From assembly GCF_009914755.1 (NCBI RefSeq), contig NC_060930.1: a stretch of DNA of 64,000 nucleotides, one strand, 5' to 3'. Positions 1-15,971 of the stretch are shown here, one piece after another. Source of the DNA: the human T2T-CHM13v2.0 reference genome, Homo sapiens. Below the pieces are notes generated by a model. The model was not told the origin of the DNA. It saw only the letters and a list, made by a program, of their open reading frames with translations, and ran no database searches. The first letter of the stretch is position 1. Every line of letters begins with the position of its first letter. The position numbers were made by a program, and so were the translations under genes.

Positions 1-3000
1 GAAGACAGATATTTTGAATTAAACCAGTCAGACAAAAATAAAGAAGAATATTAAAATATAAACACTGCATTCAAAAAATATGTGATTATGTAAAGTGTCC
101 AATCTTATGAGTCATAGGTATTGCTGAGGGAGAAGAAGAGTAAAAAGGTTGGACTATCTATTTGAGGGAATGATTGAGGAAAACTACCTTAGTCTTGCTA
201 AAGATTTAAATATCCAGATACAAGAAGCTCAGAGAACTCCAGGAAGATACATTGCAAGATGGATTTCACCAAGACATATAGTTACTAGGCAATCTAAAGT
301 CAACATGAAGGAAAAAAAATACTAAAAGCAGCAAGAGTAAAGTGTTTAATCACCTCTAAAGGACATCTCATCAGATGAAGTGGATTTCTCAATTGATACC
401 TCAGAATACAGAGATCATCAAAGACTACTAGAACAGCTGCATACTCACAAACTTAAAAACCTAGAGAAAATGGATACATTCCTGGAAACATACAACCCTA
501 TAAACCAGAAGAGACTGTGGCCCTATGTTCAGTCTTAAAGGGAAAAAAACTATCAGACATGCATTTTGTATACTGCTAAACAAGGCTTAATACATGAAGG
601 AGAAATAGTCTTTTTCAGCCAAACAAATGCTAAGGAAATTCATCACTATTAGACTGGTCCTACAAGAAATCCTCAAAGGAGTTCAAACATGGAGATAAAA
701 GGGTGATGCTTGCCATCAGAAAAACACACAGAAGTATAACTCACAGGTCTTATAAAATAAGTATACAATTGAGACTGCAAAGCGACCAGGTAAAAACACT
801 ATGACAGGAACAGACTCACATATCAATATTAACCTTGAACATGTACCAAGTGTTCACTTAAAAGATAGAGATTGGTGTAATGGAAAACAGCAACAACAAC
901 AACAAACCCAAAAAACAAAAACAGGGTTCAGCCAAATGCTGCTTTCAAGAAACACACTTAGCTGATAAAGACATTTTCAGACTCAAGGTAAAGGGGTGGA
1001 AAAAGATATGCCAATGGAAACCAAAAGAGAACAAGAGTAGTTATACTTACATCAGATAGAATAGGCTTTATATCAAAAAACAGTAAAAAAAAAAAAGACA
1101 AAAGAGGTCATCAGATAATGATACAGGGTTCAATTCAATAAAAAGTAAAACAATTGTAAATATATATCCACCCATCACCAGAGCACCCAGATTCATACAA
1201 AAAATGCTACTAGATAAAAGAGATAGACAGCAATACAATACTACTGAAGTACTTCAGCACCACTAACAGCACTAGATAGATCATTGAAATAAAACAAAGA
1301 GACACTAAACTTAAAATGGACTCCATTGCAATGAACCTAATAGATGTCTACAGAACATGCTACCCAACAATCACAGAATATATATTCTTCTCTTGAGTGC
1401 ATAAAACATTCCCCAAGAGACACCATATTTTAGGCCACAAAACAAGTCTCAATGAATTTGGAAAAATTAAAATCACATCAAATATATTTTTAACCTCAGT
1501 GGAATAAAACTAGAAATCAATTCCAAAAGGAACTCTGAAAGCTATACAAATACAAGGAAATTAAACAATCTATTCCTGAATGATCTTTGGGTACATGATG
1601 AAATTAATTTGGAAATTAAAACTCTTCTTGAAAAAATGAAAATGGAAACATAACATACTCAGGCTTCTGGGATACAGCAAAAACAGTGCCAAGAGGGTAT
1701 TTTTATTGTGTTACATGCTTACATCAAAAAGATACAAAGTTCAAAAATTAACAACATATCATCACACCTGTATAAATGACACTACTATAAATGGCTATAC
1801 ATTCACAACCCAGAAAAATCTAAAGAAAATGAATAATTTCCTGAAAACATGCAACTTCCCAATATTGAACCAGGAAGAAACAGAAATCTTAAACAGACCA
1901 ATAAAAAGGAGTGAAATAGAATTAGTAATTTAAACATCTCTCTGGAAAACCCAGGACCAGTCAGATTCACAGCTGAATGCCACCAGACATACAAGGAGAA
2001 TTTGGACTGATCCTACTGAAACTGTTCCAAAAAGTTGAATAGGAGGGATTCCTCCTAACTGGTACTATGAAGCCAGTATCAGCTTGATACTGTTGCCAGA
2101 CAAGTACACAACAAAAAAAGAAAACTACAAACCAATATCACTGATTAATATAGATACAAAAATCTTCAATAAAATGCTAGTAAACCAATTTCAATAGAAC
2201 ATTATAAAGAATACACCAAAATTAAGTAGGTTTCATTCCAGTTACAGAAAGATGGTTCAACGTATGCAAATAATAAATGTGATTCACTACATAAACATTT
2301 GATAAAAAGCATCTGATGAAATTCAGAATCCCTTTATGATTAAAAACCCTCAACAACTAAGCTTGAAGTAAGCTATCTCAAAAGTATAAAAGCCATGTAT
2401 CGCAAAGCCAACATCATACTGAATGGAGAAAAGTTAAAAACATTCCCCCTAAGATACTGGAGCAAGACAAGGATTCCCACTTTCATCAGTACTATTCAAC
2501 ACAATAATGGAAGTCTTTGCCAGATCAATCAGGCAAGAGAAAGAAATAAAAGATATCCAAACCGGAACCGAGGAAGTCAAATTAGCTCTGTTTACTGACA
2601 GTTGATCTTATACCTAGGAAACCCTAAAGATTACTCCCGAAGACTCCTAGATTTGATAAATGATATCAGTAAAGTTTCAGGATAAAAAATCAACATACAA
2701 AAGTCAGTAGCATTTCTATACATCAATAACAAACAAGTTGAGAACAAATAAAGACCTAAGTTCCATTCATAATACCTATAAAAACCTATGGAAAATGTTC
2801 TATGAATACATTTAACCAAGGAGGTGAAAGATCTCTACAAGACAAAGTACAAAACACTGATGAAAAGAATTATAGGTGACACAAGCAAATTGAAAAATAC
2901 CTCATGCTCATGGATTGGAAGAAACCCCAAAGCAATCTATAGATTCAGTGTAATTCCTCTCAAAATACCATTATTGATTTTCAAGGAATTGAAAGTCCTG

Positions 3001-3082
3001 AAATTCTTATGGAACCAAAACAGAGTCTAAATAGCAAAAGCTATTCTAAACAAAAATAAGAAATCTTGAGAACATACATACA

Positions 3083-3129
<47 letters not shown>

Positions 3130-3480
3130 TACTATCCAGCCAGAAAAATAAAAGAAATCATGTCTTTTGCAGCAGCATGGATGGAATGGGAGAGCATTAT
3201 CCTAAGCAACATAATTCATAAACAGAATGTCAAATACTGCATGTTCTCACTTGTAAGTTTGAGCTAAATAATGTGTACACAGGGGCATAGAGAGTGGAAT
3301 AATAGACACTGGGAACTCACAACAGTGGGAGGGTGAGGGGGGTGAGGGATGAGAAATTGCCTAATGGGCACAATATACACTATTCAGATGATTATTACAC
3401 TCAAGGCCCAGACTTCACTACTGTATAATATGTCCATGTAATAAAGCTGCACTTGTAACCCTTAAATCTATAAAAAATGA
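1..3480 (+). mobile_element. Old LINE-1 (L1PB-like), ORF1 3' part, ORF2 with internal deletions, 3' UTR; inactive
   Basis: ORF1-like start, ORF2 endonuclease/RT fragments (ORF track [23 protein letters not shown]), (CA)n at ~3085-3125, 3' UTR ending gcacttgtaacccttaaatctataaaaaa. Confidence 0.9.
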
Positions 3481-3904
3481 AAGATAAATTTATAGTTCAT
3501 TTATGTAAAATGCATTTTGTGAATCTATAAGTTAATACAAATTTTATAAAAGTACATTCAAACCCACATCAAAATAATCACTTACATTGAGACTTGTTCT
3601 ATTTGAAATTCTTCTCTAGCAAATCATTAGCAAATTATTAAATATTTTTCTACTCCAAACAGATATGAGTATATTCTATCATAATCCATGCATACACTGA
3701 CCCCCAAAATTCTTTAGGTATTCAACATTCCATATTTGTTATTTTATATGAAAATTTTGTTTCACAATTTGTTTTAAAGTCCAATTCCATATAGTTATTT
3801 TGAAACTTTTTGGATTTTATATTTACTTTATGGCAATGTTTAAAGTTTGCAGCAGTAGAAAAACTGAACTCCAAATGATTAAAACATTAACTTTCCATTT
3901 AATG

Positions 3905-4330
3905 TAAGTTTGTAGGCATCTACTCATTTTCAGTCTGAGACTTTTATTTGAATAAGGATCTTGCTTTTTTAAGCATTAGATGCACATAGAATATGAATGG
4001 GAATGGGACCATGGCAGAATTCAAGCCATAATGCCTTATAGCCTGGTTTCAGATACCTTAGATATAAGATTATTTCCTCAAATTTAAGGTGTGCTGATTT
4101 ATCAAGCACATTTATGACATTTTTATAATCACATCTATAAGTTTTAAATAACCTTTCATGTTTTAAAGGACAAGGACAATTATATATCTCCAACTTGTCT
4201 TTAATTTTAGTTGAAAACAGAACCTTATTAAAATTGGAGCATTATACATGTAAAACCACTACAGAGTGTCCTTTTACTCAGCACAGAATACATCTTAGAT
4301 GAAGTTCACAATAAAATATTCTTACATGAA
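3905..4330 (-). pseudogene. Degenerate multi-EGF coding remnant (candidate fossil EYS exon)
   Basis: Minus-strand motifs YCELHL, SGFTCI, RFC, YNCPCP, FKTYRCDY, YLKPGYKAL, CASNA. Confidence 0.6.
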
Positions 4331-5308
4331 CTTTTGTCTTGTTTTGAATCATAAGTGTAGAAATAAAGTCCTGAATATTTTCTCATGAAACAGATAATTT
4401 TAAAATAACAATAACAAATCAAAGTCAAAAAATTTTCTGAATTTAAAAATACAAAGCATCAGTGCTTTTTTTTTTTTTTTAACAGATGTGATACTCCCTG
4501 ATGAAGTTTTCTAGGGAGAAAGAAAATTTTAATAGAGTCACTTTGGCCTTAGGCTCATTTATATCCCTTCTTTGAGACTTGGTAGATGGATCTTCACATA
4601 TACGTACAGACCCCAAACTAATATCTGATTTATAAAATAAAAAATTCTTAGGGTGACATTGAAGGTGCTCTATTACCTGTCTTCAATATATTTTTCTATC
4701 CTTACCTCTTATTCACATTTCAACATTCGGTTTTCTAAGGAAGACATACTCTGTTATGACCTGATGTTTTTTGTCTGTAAGAAATGTGCTTCCTTATCAT
4801 CTCCCCATAGAGGAATCCTTCTCCAACCTGAAAAGTTAGTCCTGTTGATTTCTCCCTGACTGTCTCAGGAAAATTGACTAATTTTCTTCACTGCTCCCAC
4901 ACGTCTTGTTCAGACTTCTATTATAACTCTTAGTGCACTGCCTTGGAATTATCTCTTACCATAACTTTCTTTATCAAAAGACTAAATATTTTGTGGCAAA
5001 AGACATGCATTTTTTTTTTATTTCCAGCATATTGAGGAGTGGCACATTAAATACACAAGTATGTTTTGACTGTGTGAGTGAATAGTAGAATACACATTTT
5101 GGTAGAAAAACTATGCTATCACGTCTTAATTTGTATCATTTAAAATGTATGCATCTGCTTAACCAATGGTTTTATCCCACTCCCCTAACTGACAGAATGA
5201 ATATTATACCACTGTATCAATCAGTAAATAAGTGGGTTTTATGTCTTCTCACTCCACCTGTTCTGTTCCTTCTTTTACTGCACAGCTACATCTACAAATG
5301 ATTAATTT

Positions 5309-5322
5309 TTTTTCTTTTTTTC

Positions 5323-5364
<42 letters not shown>

Positions 5365-5647
5365 GTTTGTTTGTTTGAGACGGAGTCTCGCTCTGTCGCC
5401 CAGGCAGAAGTGCACTGGCGCGATCTCGGCTCACTGCAAGCTTCGCCTCCCGGGTTCACGCCGTTCTCCTGCCTCAGCCTCCTGAGTAGCTGGGACTACA
5501 GGCGCCCGCCTAAGTTTTTTTGTATTTTTAGTAGAGACGGGGTTTCACCGTGTTAGTCAGGATGGTCTTGATCGCCTGACCTCCTGATCTGCCCGCCTCG
5601 GCCTCCCAAAGTGCTGGGATTACAGGCGTGAGCCACTGTGCCCGGCC
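5309..5647 (-). mobile_element. AluY with (TG)n-containing tail
   Basis: Alu consensus in reverse; TSD caaa(t/a)gattaattt at 5295-5308 and 5648-5661. Confidence 0.95.
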
Positions 5648-5810
5648 CAAAAGATTAATTTCTTAACACGTCAAACACAGACATGTCTCATCTAGTACGC
5701 ACGAGTTATTTGTTGAGTGTCAGTCTTGTGCTTTGTTCTTTGCTCCAACAGTTCATTGATAGGGATCCTGGGAAAAACCCCTTTGGAAGCCTGGACATTC
5801 TCCCATTTAC

Positions 5811-6289
5811 CTCACTAGCCACTATACTCTCCTCTAAATAAGTTAAAACTTCTGTGTCTTGGATTAAAAGCAGACTAATACAACTTGATTACAATGTAGG
5901 GGCAAATGACAACATCAAAATATAAGAGGATTATTGGATTTTGTCAATAAAATTGAAATTTATCACTACTGGGGTACTACTGCTTGGATAGCCTGGAACT
6001 TGGGTGTTTGGTTTTTTTTGATTAGAGACATGACTAGACTCAACTCTACAAAGGAAAGAGTTTACGACAATCCTCTCTCAGTGGCAAACTGAGGAAACAG
6101 AACTTGCACCCAGTCCATGCTACAATTATTGTGCCTATAGAAATCCACCAGTGGAATTACTTTTCTCCCTCTAATTAAGGACACAAACCCAGTTTTATCA
6201 TTCCCTCCACTGCAGTTTGGAGTGAGAAAAAGTCAGTACACACTACATCTCTTTTGACAACAGATTTCTTTTCTTTCATCAACACCCAG
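5811..6289 (-). pseudogene. Possible degenerate EGF exon remnant
   Basis: Acceptor ccattattctcctag|, donor GAG|gtaaat; motifs VCTDFF, NCS...TGFV, AWTGCKFC. Confidence 0.35.
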
Positions 6290-6430
6290 CTAGGAGAATA
6301 ATGGGAGATGGAGCTAAAGTCTATTTTTGTTTTATTAAATAAGGAGTCTACCCTTTGGGCAAAGAGTAATCAATTTGGATGGGGAGAAAAGATAAAACTC
6401 TATCACCAATGATAGTAGAAAATTAGTCTT

Positions 6431-6811
<381 letters not shown>

Positions 6812-7871
6812 TCAAGCGAGACATTCCTTTGGACTCATCACTAATTATTGTAGTGTGAAATCAGCTCATGGATTTAGTGACATGATACACTACTTATCAC
6901 CACTTCTCTTAGTCTATTTGTACAAAGTCCAATTAATAACTTATTTTTAGGTATTTGTAAATATAGTTTTATGTACATAATTTTACTTGAAAGTAATTCT
7001 GTAGTAAATTTGCCTACTGTTCTAATGAAAATAATGTGTCTATATAAAACAAATTGTATAAGCAAAATCATCCTATTTTTAGGCAAATATAACTAATAAT
7101 TTAATTACACTTATGCTCTTAGTTCAACATGTAATCAGTTGTACAGTAAGTGCAGAATTAACACTGAGAGGTTAAAAATAACTAGAAGTTCTACATATAT
7201 TTCATAGATATAGATAAAAATATATTTAAAATCAAAATAAAGGAGGATTTAATCATCTAATAATCCACAAATGATTGCAGGAATTCACTCTTTCTGAATT
7301 ATTTTTAAGAACAATCAAGAGAAAATATTAACAATTAGCAAAGAGTAAAACCTTCAAAAAATTTTGAAAATAAAAACTAACAGTTCACTTTATAAAATGA
7401 ATAGTGTCTAACAGGACAACATATTACTGCTTATTACTACCATGGATAACACCTGTATGTATTAATGCTATAAAAATGGTCAAAAATGTCTCATTACAAT
7501 ATTTAAACCTTTGTACAATATTTGAGGCAAAAAAATGTTTTCAGCACAGAAATGCACTATACATTTTGTGGGATTTACCTTTGCCATACTAATCCTACAT
7601 TTCTGTACTGTCATTAAAGGTACCAATTATGTTTTTAAAATATATTTTACACTTGTTGGAATGCTGAGTACAAACTTTCTAAACAAGGATAATTTGATGC
7701 AGGCCACAGTGCCCTCTGTCTTCTCACCCCAAATAGTTGTATAGTTTTTTGATCTTTCCCCCATCAGCATCTGTACTTTTCCACTCTCCTTTACAGCTTC
7801 TGCATGCCATAAAGCTTCTCCTCTCTTTGACACTCTAGGCTGGTGAGGATTTTCAGATATTATCTTGTATA

Positions 7872-7982
7872 TAGAGTGACCAGCTATCCAGGTTTGACTA
7901 ATATGTTCCCGGTTTTAGCTCTATAAGTTCTGTGTCCCAGAAACCCCTCAGTCCTAGACACCCCAGGAGGGTTGGTCATCCT
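7872..7982. mobile_element. MER81-like hAT MITE
   Basis: Short element with inverted ends agagtgaccagct...ggttggtcatcct. Confidence 0.6.
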
Positions 7983-9051
7983 GTTGATACTTTCTACATC
8001 ATAGCTTCTGATGTAACGCTGCCATAGAGTAGAAATGGCATCAAGCTAGGTTAAGGCAGAAAGAGAGAGAGTGAGTCCGAAGAAGTCTGCTTCTACCCAG
8101 TCCCCTTTTCTTCAGGTTGCTATGAGAAATGACATGAGCCAAGATACTTATCATGGCCATGGCAAAGAAAGCTGATAACTGAGGGCCAATGTGCCCTCCC
8201 AGAAGACCTATAAACACAAGCTGTTGTGCAGGACAGTCCTGAATATTCATCAGTGGATCAACAATGTCTTTAATTGCAGCTTGTCAGTTGGAAGTGATGA
8301 GCAGGTCCAGTGCAAAGTGCATTCATAAGGCCAAGAGAGAGGGCTGACATTCAGCCAGCCATGGATGCTTCGGTGGGAACCCTACAAAGTCAGAGGCTGA
8401 CTCAGAGAACTGGTAAGATGAGACATACTGAAAGAGGCTGGTGGTACCAGTGAGGAATTGAGGACACTTTAGAACCTAGCCATTGTCTCCAACTCTTTGA
8501 TGTAACTTTCTGGGAGAAGGAGTAGGAAGGAAGTAGGAGAAGCATGTTTTTTGATAACTTTTACTAAAAAAATTGCTTTAAATGACAAAGAAGTGACTGA
8601 ACATTTTTCTGTCACATTTTTCTACCATCAGTGGATTTGGGGGTTTCGTAACTCTACTTGAATTCAGTTAGAACTATCTGCACAAGTGGGTTGAGACCTA
8701 ACAACTTAAAGCCATTGCAATATTCTCCAGGAAATTGGAAACTCAAGGCTCAGGAGAGATTTATGTGGAGCAGTGAGGGATTAAAAGACACTTACCTTCT
8801 CAATCAAGTTTAGAAAATCAGACTGTTTGAAGATCAATCCTGAATCCTGATTATCACTTAGAATTTACTTATAACTTTTCCTTCCCTGAGAAACTGAGTC
8901 AGTTTCTCTGCATTTGATTTACCATCTGTAAACAATGGATAAGACCTACGTCCTCACAAGCTTTTTGTGAAGATTAGCAGAGACAATGTATATTTGAAGT
9001 ATACATTAAGTGCTCAGCAAAAATGGTATTAATGTTGAATGATTAGTATTA

Positions 9052-9324
9052 TTTTATTTATTTATTTTTGAGATGGAGTCTCACTCTGTGGCCAGGCTGG
9101 AATGCAACCTCTGCTTCCTGGGTTTAAGCAATTCTCCTGCCTCAGCCTCCCGAGCAGCTGGGACTACTGGCGCATGCCACCACGCCCAGCTAATTTTTGT
9201 ATTTTTAGTAGAGATGGGGTTTCACCATGTTGGCCAGGATGGTTTCTATCTACTGACCTAGTGATCGGCCCACCTCGGCCTCCCAAAGTGCTGGGATTAC
9301 AGGCGTGAGCCACCACACCTGGCT
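9052..9324 (-). mobile_element. AluS with small internal deletion
   Basis: Alu consensus in reverse; TSD gattagtatta at 9041-9051 and 9325-9335. Confidence 0.9.
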
Positions 9325-9469
9325 GATTAGTATTAAATTCTTCGAGGACTAAAGAACAAATAGAAAAGGTAAGCACAGATAGGACATAATATATAGATGT
9401 ATAAAATATCACTTTCCCCATGTATAATATGATTTATAGATAACATATGAACACATAAAAATTACCTTT

Positions 9470-9785
9470 TGGGGGAGAAAAGGAGAAATATTGGTTAAGA
9501 GTATAAAGTTTCAATTCGATAGGAGAAAATATTCTTGGTGATCTGCACAGCAAAGTGACTATACTTAATAATAATGAATGAATGATATATTGTATATTTC
9601 AAAATTGTTAAAACAGTGGATTTTAAATGTTCTTACCACAAAGAAATGATAAGTATGTGAAGTGTTATACATGTTAATTAGCTGATTTGATCATTCCACA
9701 ATTTATACATGTAACTAAACATATTGTACTCCATAGACCATATAAAATTAGTAGCCAATTAAAAATTAAAATATAATTTTAAAAA
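9470..9785 (+). mobile_element. L1MA-type 3' end
   Basis: Typical L1MA 3' UTR (aaatgttcttaccacaaagaaatgataagtatgtga...gatcattccacaat). Confidence 0.8.
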
Positions 9786-9939
9786 TGACTTTGTAATGGT
9801 TGTCATTTGTAATGGTTGTCATGATTGACTGCTGAAAAAAAGTAATGAACAACCTCACTTAACAAGTTGCAGAAGGCAAAAGCTAACTACTATATTTTTC
9901 TGCACTATTCACTCATTAGGGACTCAATTCACTCATTAC

Positions 9940-10111
9940 CTGCACAGCCGTCTGCTAGAGTATGATCTTAAATCATGGAGTCCCTGAAAACCCAACTTGG
10001 AGCAAATATCAGTTGCTTGTTATGTTTCTCTGAAGAGCAACATGAGAGTGATGTAATAGGAAATTGGGGCTTATTCCTCTGCCTCTGTTGACAGTAAGAA
10101 ATGATTAAATT
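9940..10111 (-). pseudogene. Degenerate EGF exon remnant
   Basis: Acceptor attttttgtag|, donor CAG|gtaatg; SYCQQR and in-frame NITSN*YLLQVGFSGTP*. Confidence 0.6.
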
Positions 10112-10445
10112 CTACAAAAAATTCATCTTTTCTTTTTTTCTGTTGTATTTCTTGCTTTCTCCACACAGAGAAGAGCGCACATATGCAGATGGTTCCAAAA
10201 CTATTTATGATGTATTTTTACATCATGTTGGAGAATGTAAACACACACACATGCACACACACACACACACTCACAACCATGGTGCTCACCCCTCATAGAT
10301 AGGAAAGTGTTTAAAATTTATTTGGTATTTGGGTCTTTTTCTTTGCAATACTGATTATCCTGTTTTATACACCACTATGTTATTGTCTTGAAAGAAAACA
10401 AGCATTTATAGTGTATTGATTTTAGCAAATCTATCTCTAGTTTAC

Positions 10446-10653
10446 TTTACATTTGATTGCTCTAGTTTTGAAATGGAATTTATTTCATAAAATACTCTGT
10501 GGAATGGCATGTTAGAAATACATTCCCTGTGCAAGTATATTAATAAAGTTATTGAAAGTAACTTGCTGTAAAACCAAACTTTCTGAATGGGAATTATGAA
10601 CACAATATAAAACAGGGTATTGGATTGCTTGCCATGGTCATTCTTTAACAAAC
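10446..10653 (-). pseudogene. Degenerate two-EGF exon remnant
   Basis: In-frame PCFILCS*FPFRKFGFTASYFQ*, then ECISNMPFHRVFYE, ending KC-K near |gtaaac. Confidence 0.55.
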
Positions 10654-10768
10654 CTTCAGTGCTTCTTTTATTTTGAAAAAATATAAATATTTGATATAAT
10701 GTTAAATATTACCACAGGAATAAATGCAAAAGCAATAAAGTTAAATTTTAAGGAACTATTTTTATGGG

Positions 10769-13468
<2,700 letters not shown>

Positions 13469-13644
13469 ATGGGTGTATTTCAGATTTAATAAATTCTGAG
13501 AATATTTAGTACCATACCTTCAGCTTTTCTTCATTGAGCTATTGGCACTATTTTCAAGTAATTAGGGTCAAATATATTAGCTAGGCTATGGGAAAAAATG
13601 AAATCCCCCTTTTTTTTTGTAAAATAATATTTGTAAAAAAAACA

Positions 13645-13797
13645 TGCCATCACACCCAGCTAACTCTTTGTATTTTTAGTAGAGATGGGGTTTCACCATA
13701 TTGGCCAGGATGGTCTTAAACTCCTGACCTCAGGGGATCCGCCTGGCTCAGCCTCCCAAAGTGCTGAGATTACAGACATGAGCCACTGCACTGGCCC
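13645..13797 (-). mobile_element. Partial Alu (left arm)
   Basis: tttgtatttttagtagagatggggtttcacc...gagccactgcactggcc. Confidence 0.85.
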
Positions 13798-13921
13798 CTC
13801 CCCTTCTCTTCCCTTCCCTGATCTGCCCTTCTCCTCTCCTCTCCTTTCCTTTTTTCTTTCTCTCTCCTTTATTCTTTCTTTCTCTATTTATTTATATTTT
13901 TTATGAAAATATATCCAACAA

Positions 13922-14217
13922 GGCCAAATGCAGTGGCTCACGCCTGTAATCCCAGCACTTTGGGAGACTGAGGTGGGCAGATCACGAGGTCAGGAGTTCA
14001 AGACCAGCCTGACCAATATGGTGAAACTCTGTCTGTACTAATAATACAAAAATTAGATGGGCATGGTTGTGGGTGCCTATAATCCCAGGTACTCAGGAGG
14101 CTGAGGCAGGAGAATCACTTGAACCTGAGAGACGGAGTTTGCAGTGAGCCAAGATCATGCCATTGCACTCCAGCCTGGGTGACGGAGTGAAACTCCGTCT
14201 CAAAAAAAAAAAAAACA

Positions 14218-14268
<51 letters not shown>
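13922..14268 (+). mobile_element. AluS followed by (AT)n microsatellite
   Basis: Alu consensus; tail converts to ~24 AT units (14221-14268). Confidence 0.92.
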
Positions 14269-14273
<5 letters not shown>

Positions 14274-14719
14274 CTAACAAATTGTTCACTGTGCCCTTCC
14301 ACTGAGAAACAAATACGAGATGATTTCACAGACAAACTTAGAGTGAAATGTATTCATTATTTTCTAAGTCTAATATGTACTTAATCATTTGAACAGAATT
14401 TGAGTATTTTATTATTTTGTGACAATAATTTGTTACTTCTTACCTTAAAGGATGCTAAGGAGAGCAAAAGAATAATTTGTTTATAGTGAAAAAGCATAGG
14501 TTCAGTACAGTAAAAGAAAAACTGAAAAGAAGTCAATTATTTTAAGTCTACAGATCATTGAAAGTTCTGAAGTCAAATCAAACAGTTTGAAATTTTATAT
14601 GTGATGATATCACTGGGGTTATCCTCACTTTATATTCACATGAGCTATATATTTTTTTGCTCTACAATCAAATAAAGGTAAAATTGTATTTTTTCCTTTT
14701 TACATTAGTTTTTATAAGT

Positions 14720-15620
14720 GAATTTAATTTTTAATTGGATGTACTAATTGTACATATTTATTGTGTACTAGTGATGTTTTGATGTATGTAATATATAGTG
14801 ATCACATCAGGGTAATTAGCATATTCATCATACCGTACATTTATTATGTCTTTGTATTGGAATATTTTAAATCCTCCTCTAGCTAGTTGAAAGTATATAA
14901 GATATTACTGCTAATTATAGTCACCCTGCAGTGCTACAGAATGCTAAAACTTATTCCTCTTTTCTAGCTGTAATTTTGTATCCTTTACCAAATCTCTCCC
15001 CATCTTCCCTTTCCCCATACTCTTTCCAGCCTCTAGTATTCTTTGTTCTATTTTTCTTTTTCTATTTTTTACCTTTATGATTTTTATTTTGCATTCATAT
15101 ATGAATGAGAACATGAGATAGATAACTTTCTGTTTCTGGCTTATTACACTTAACATAATGTCCTCCAGTTCTTTCCATATTGACACAAATAACAAAATTT
15201 CATTCTTTTGTATGGCTAAATAGTATTTAATTGTTTATATATACCACATTGTCTTTATTCGTTCATCTGTTGTTGGACACCTAGGTTGATTTCATATCTT
15301 GACTGTTGTGGATAGTGCTGCAATAAACATGGGGTACAGGTAATCTCTTTGATATACTGATTTTTTTCCTTTTGGTAAATGCCCAATAGTGGGATTGCTG
15401 GATCATATGTTAGTTCAAGTCGTAGTTTTTTGAGGAACCTCCATATTTTTCTCCATAGTGACTACACTGGTTTACATTTCCATGAGCGGTGTATGAGCTC
15501 CCCCTGTTTTTGCATCCTTGCCATCATTTGGTATTTTTTTGTGTTTTTGATAGTAGCCACGCTAACTGGGGTGAGATAATACCTTATTGCGATTTTGATT
15601 GGCATTTCTTGTATGATAAA
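14720..15620 (-). mobile_element. L1MA-type 3' fragment
   Basis: Reverse L1 3' UTR and ORF2 end (ORF track WKELEDIMLSVISQKQK). Confidence 0.88.
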
Positions 15621-15971
15621 TTGTATTATTTGATGAATAAATTATCACCTGGAGCATTCTAATATTCCCAATATTAACATGAAATAAAATTTAAATTAAC
15701 CTAGAATAATGAAAAATAACAAAATAGCAATGTATTAAACTATTCTGTTTGATTCATGTATTTCAATATATTTCAGAATAATCATAAGAGATATTTAAAA
15801 GCATTCTACTGTAAATTCATATTAAGATTCTGCAAAGTATTTATTAAAAATAAAATAGAACACTTTGAGAAATTTCCTTTTTTTGAAATAGAAAATATAA
15901 AAACCATGATGATAATAAAAATGATTTTTAATGTTGCCTTCATGTATATATTTAGCAAGAGGAATACTCAC

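Noticed and set aside
1706-3030. L1 ORF2-like ORFs as active retrotransposon genes
   Set aside because: Multiple stops, frameshifts and large deletions.
8000-8500. Moderately GC-rich block, possible old LTR
   Set aside because: Could not assign a family or termini by eye.
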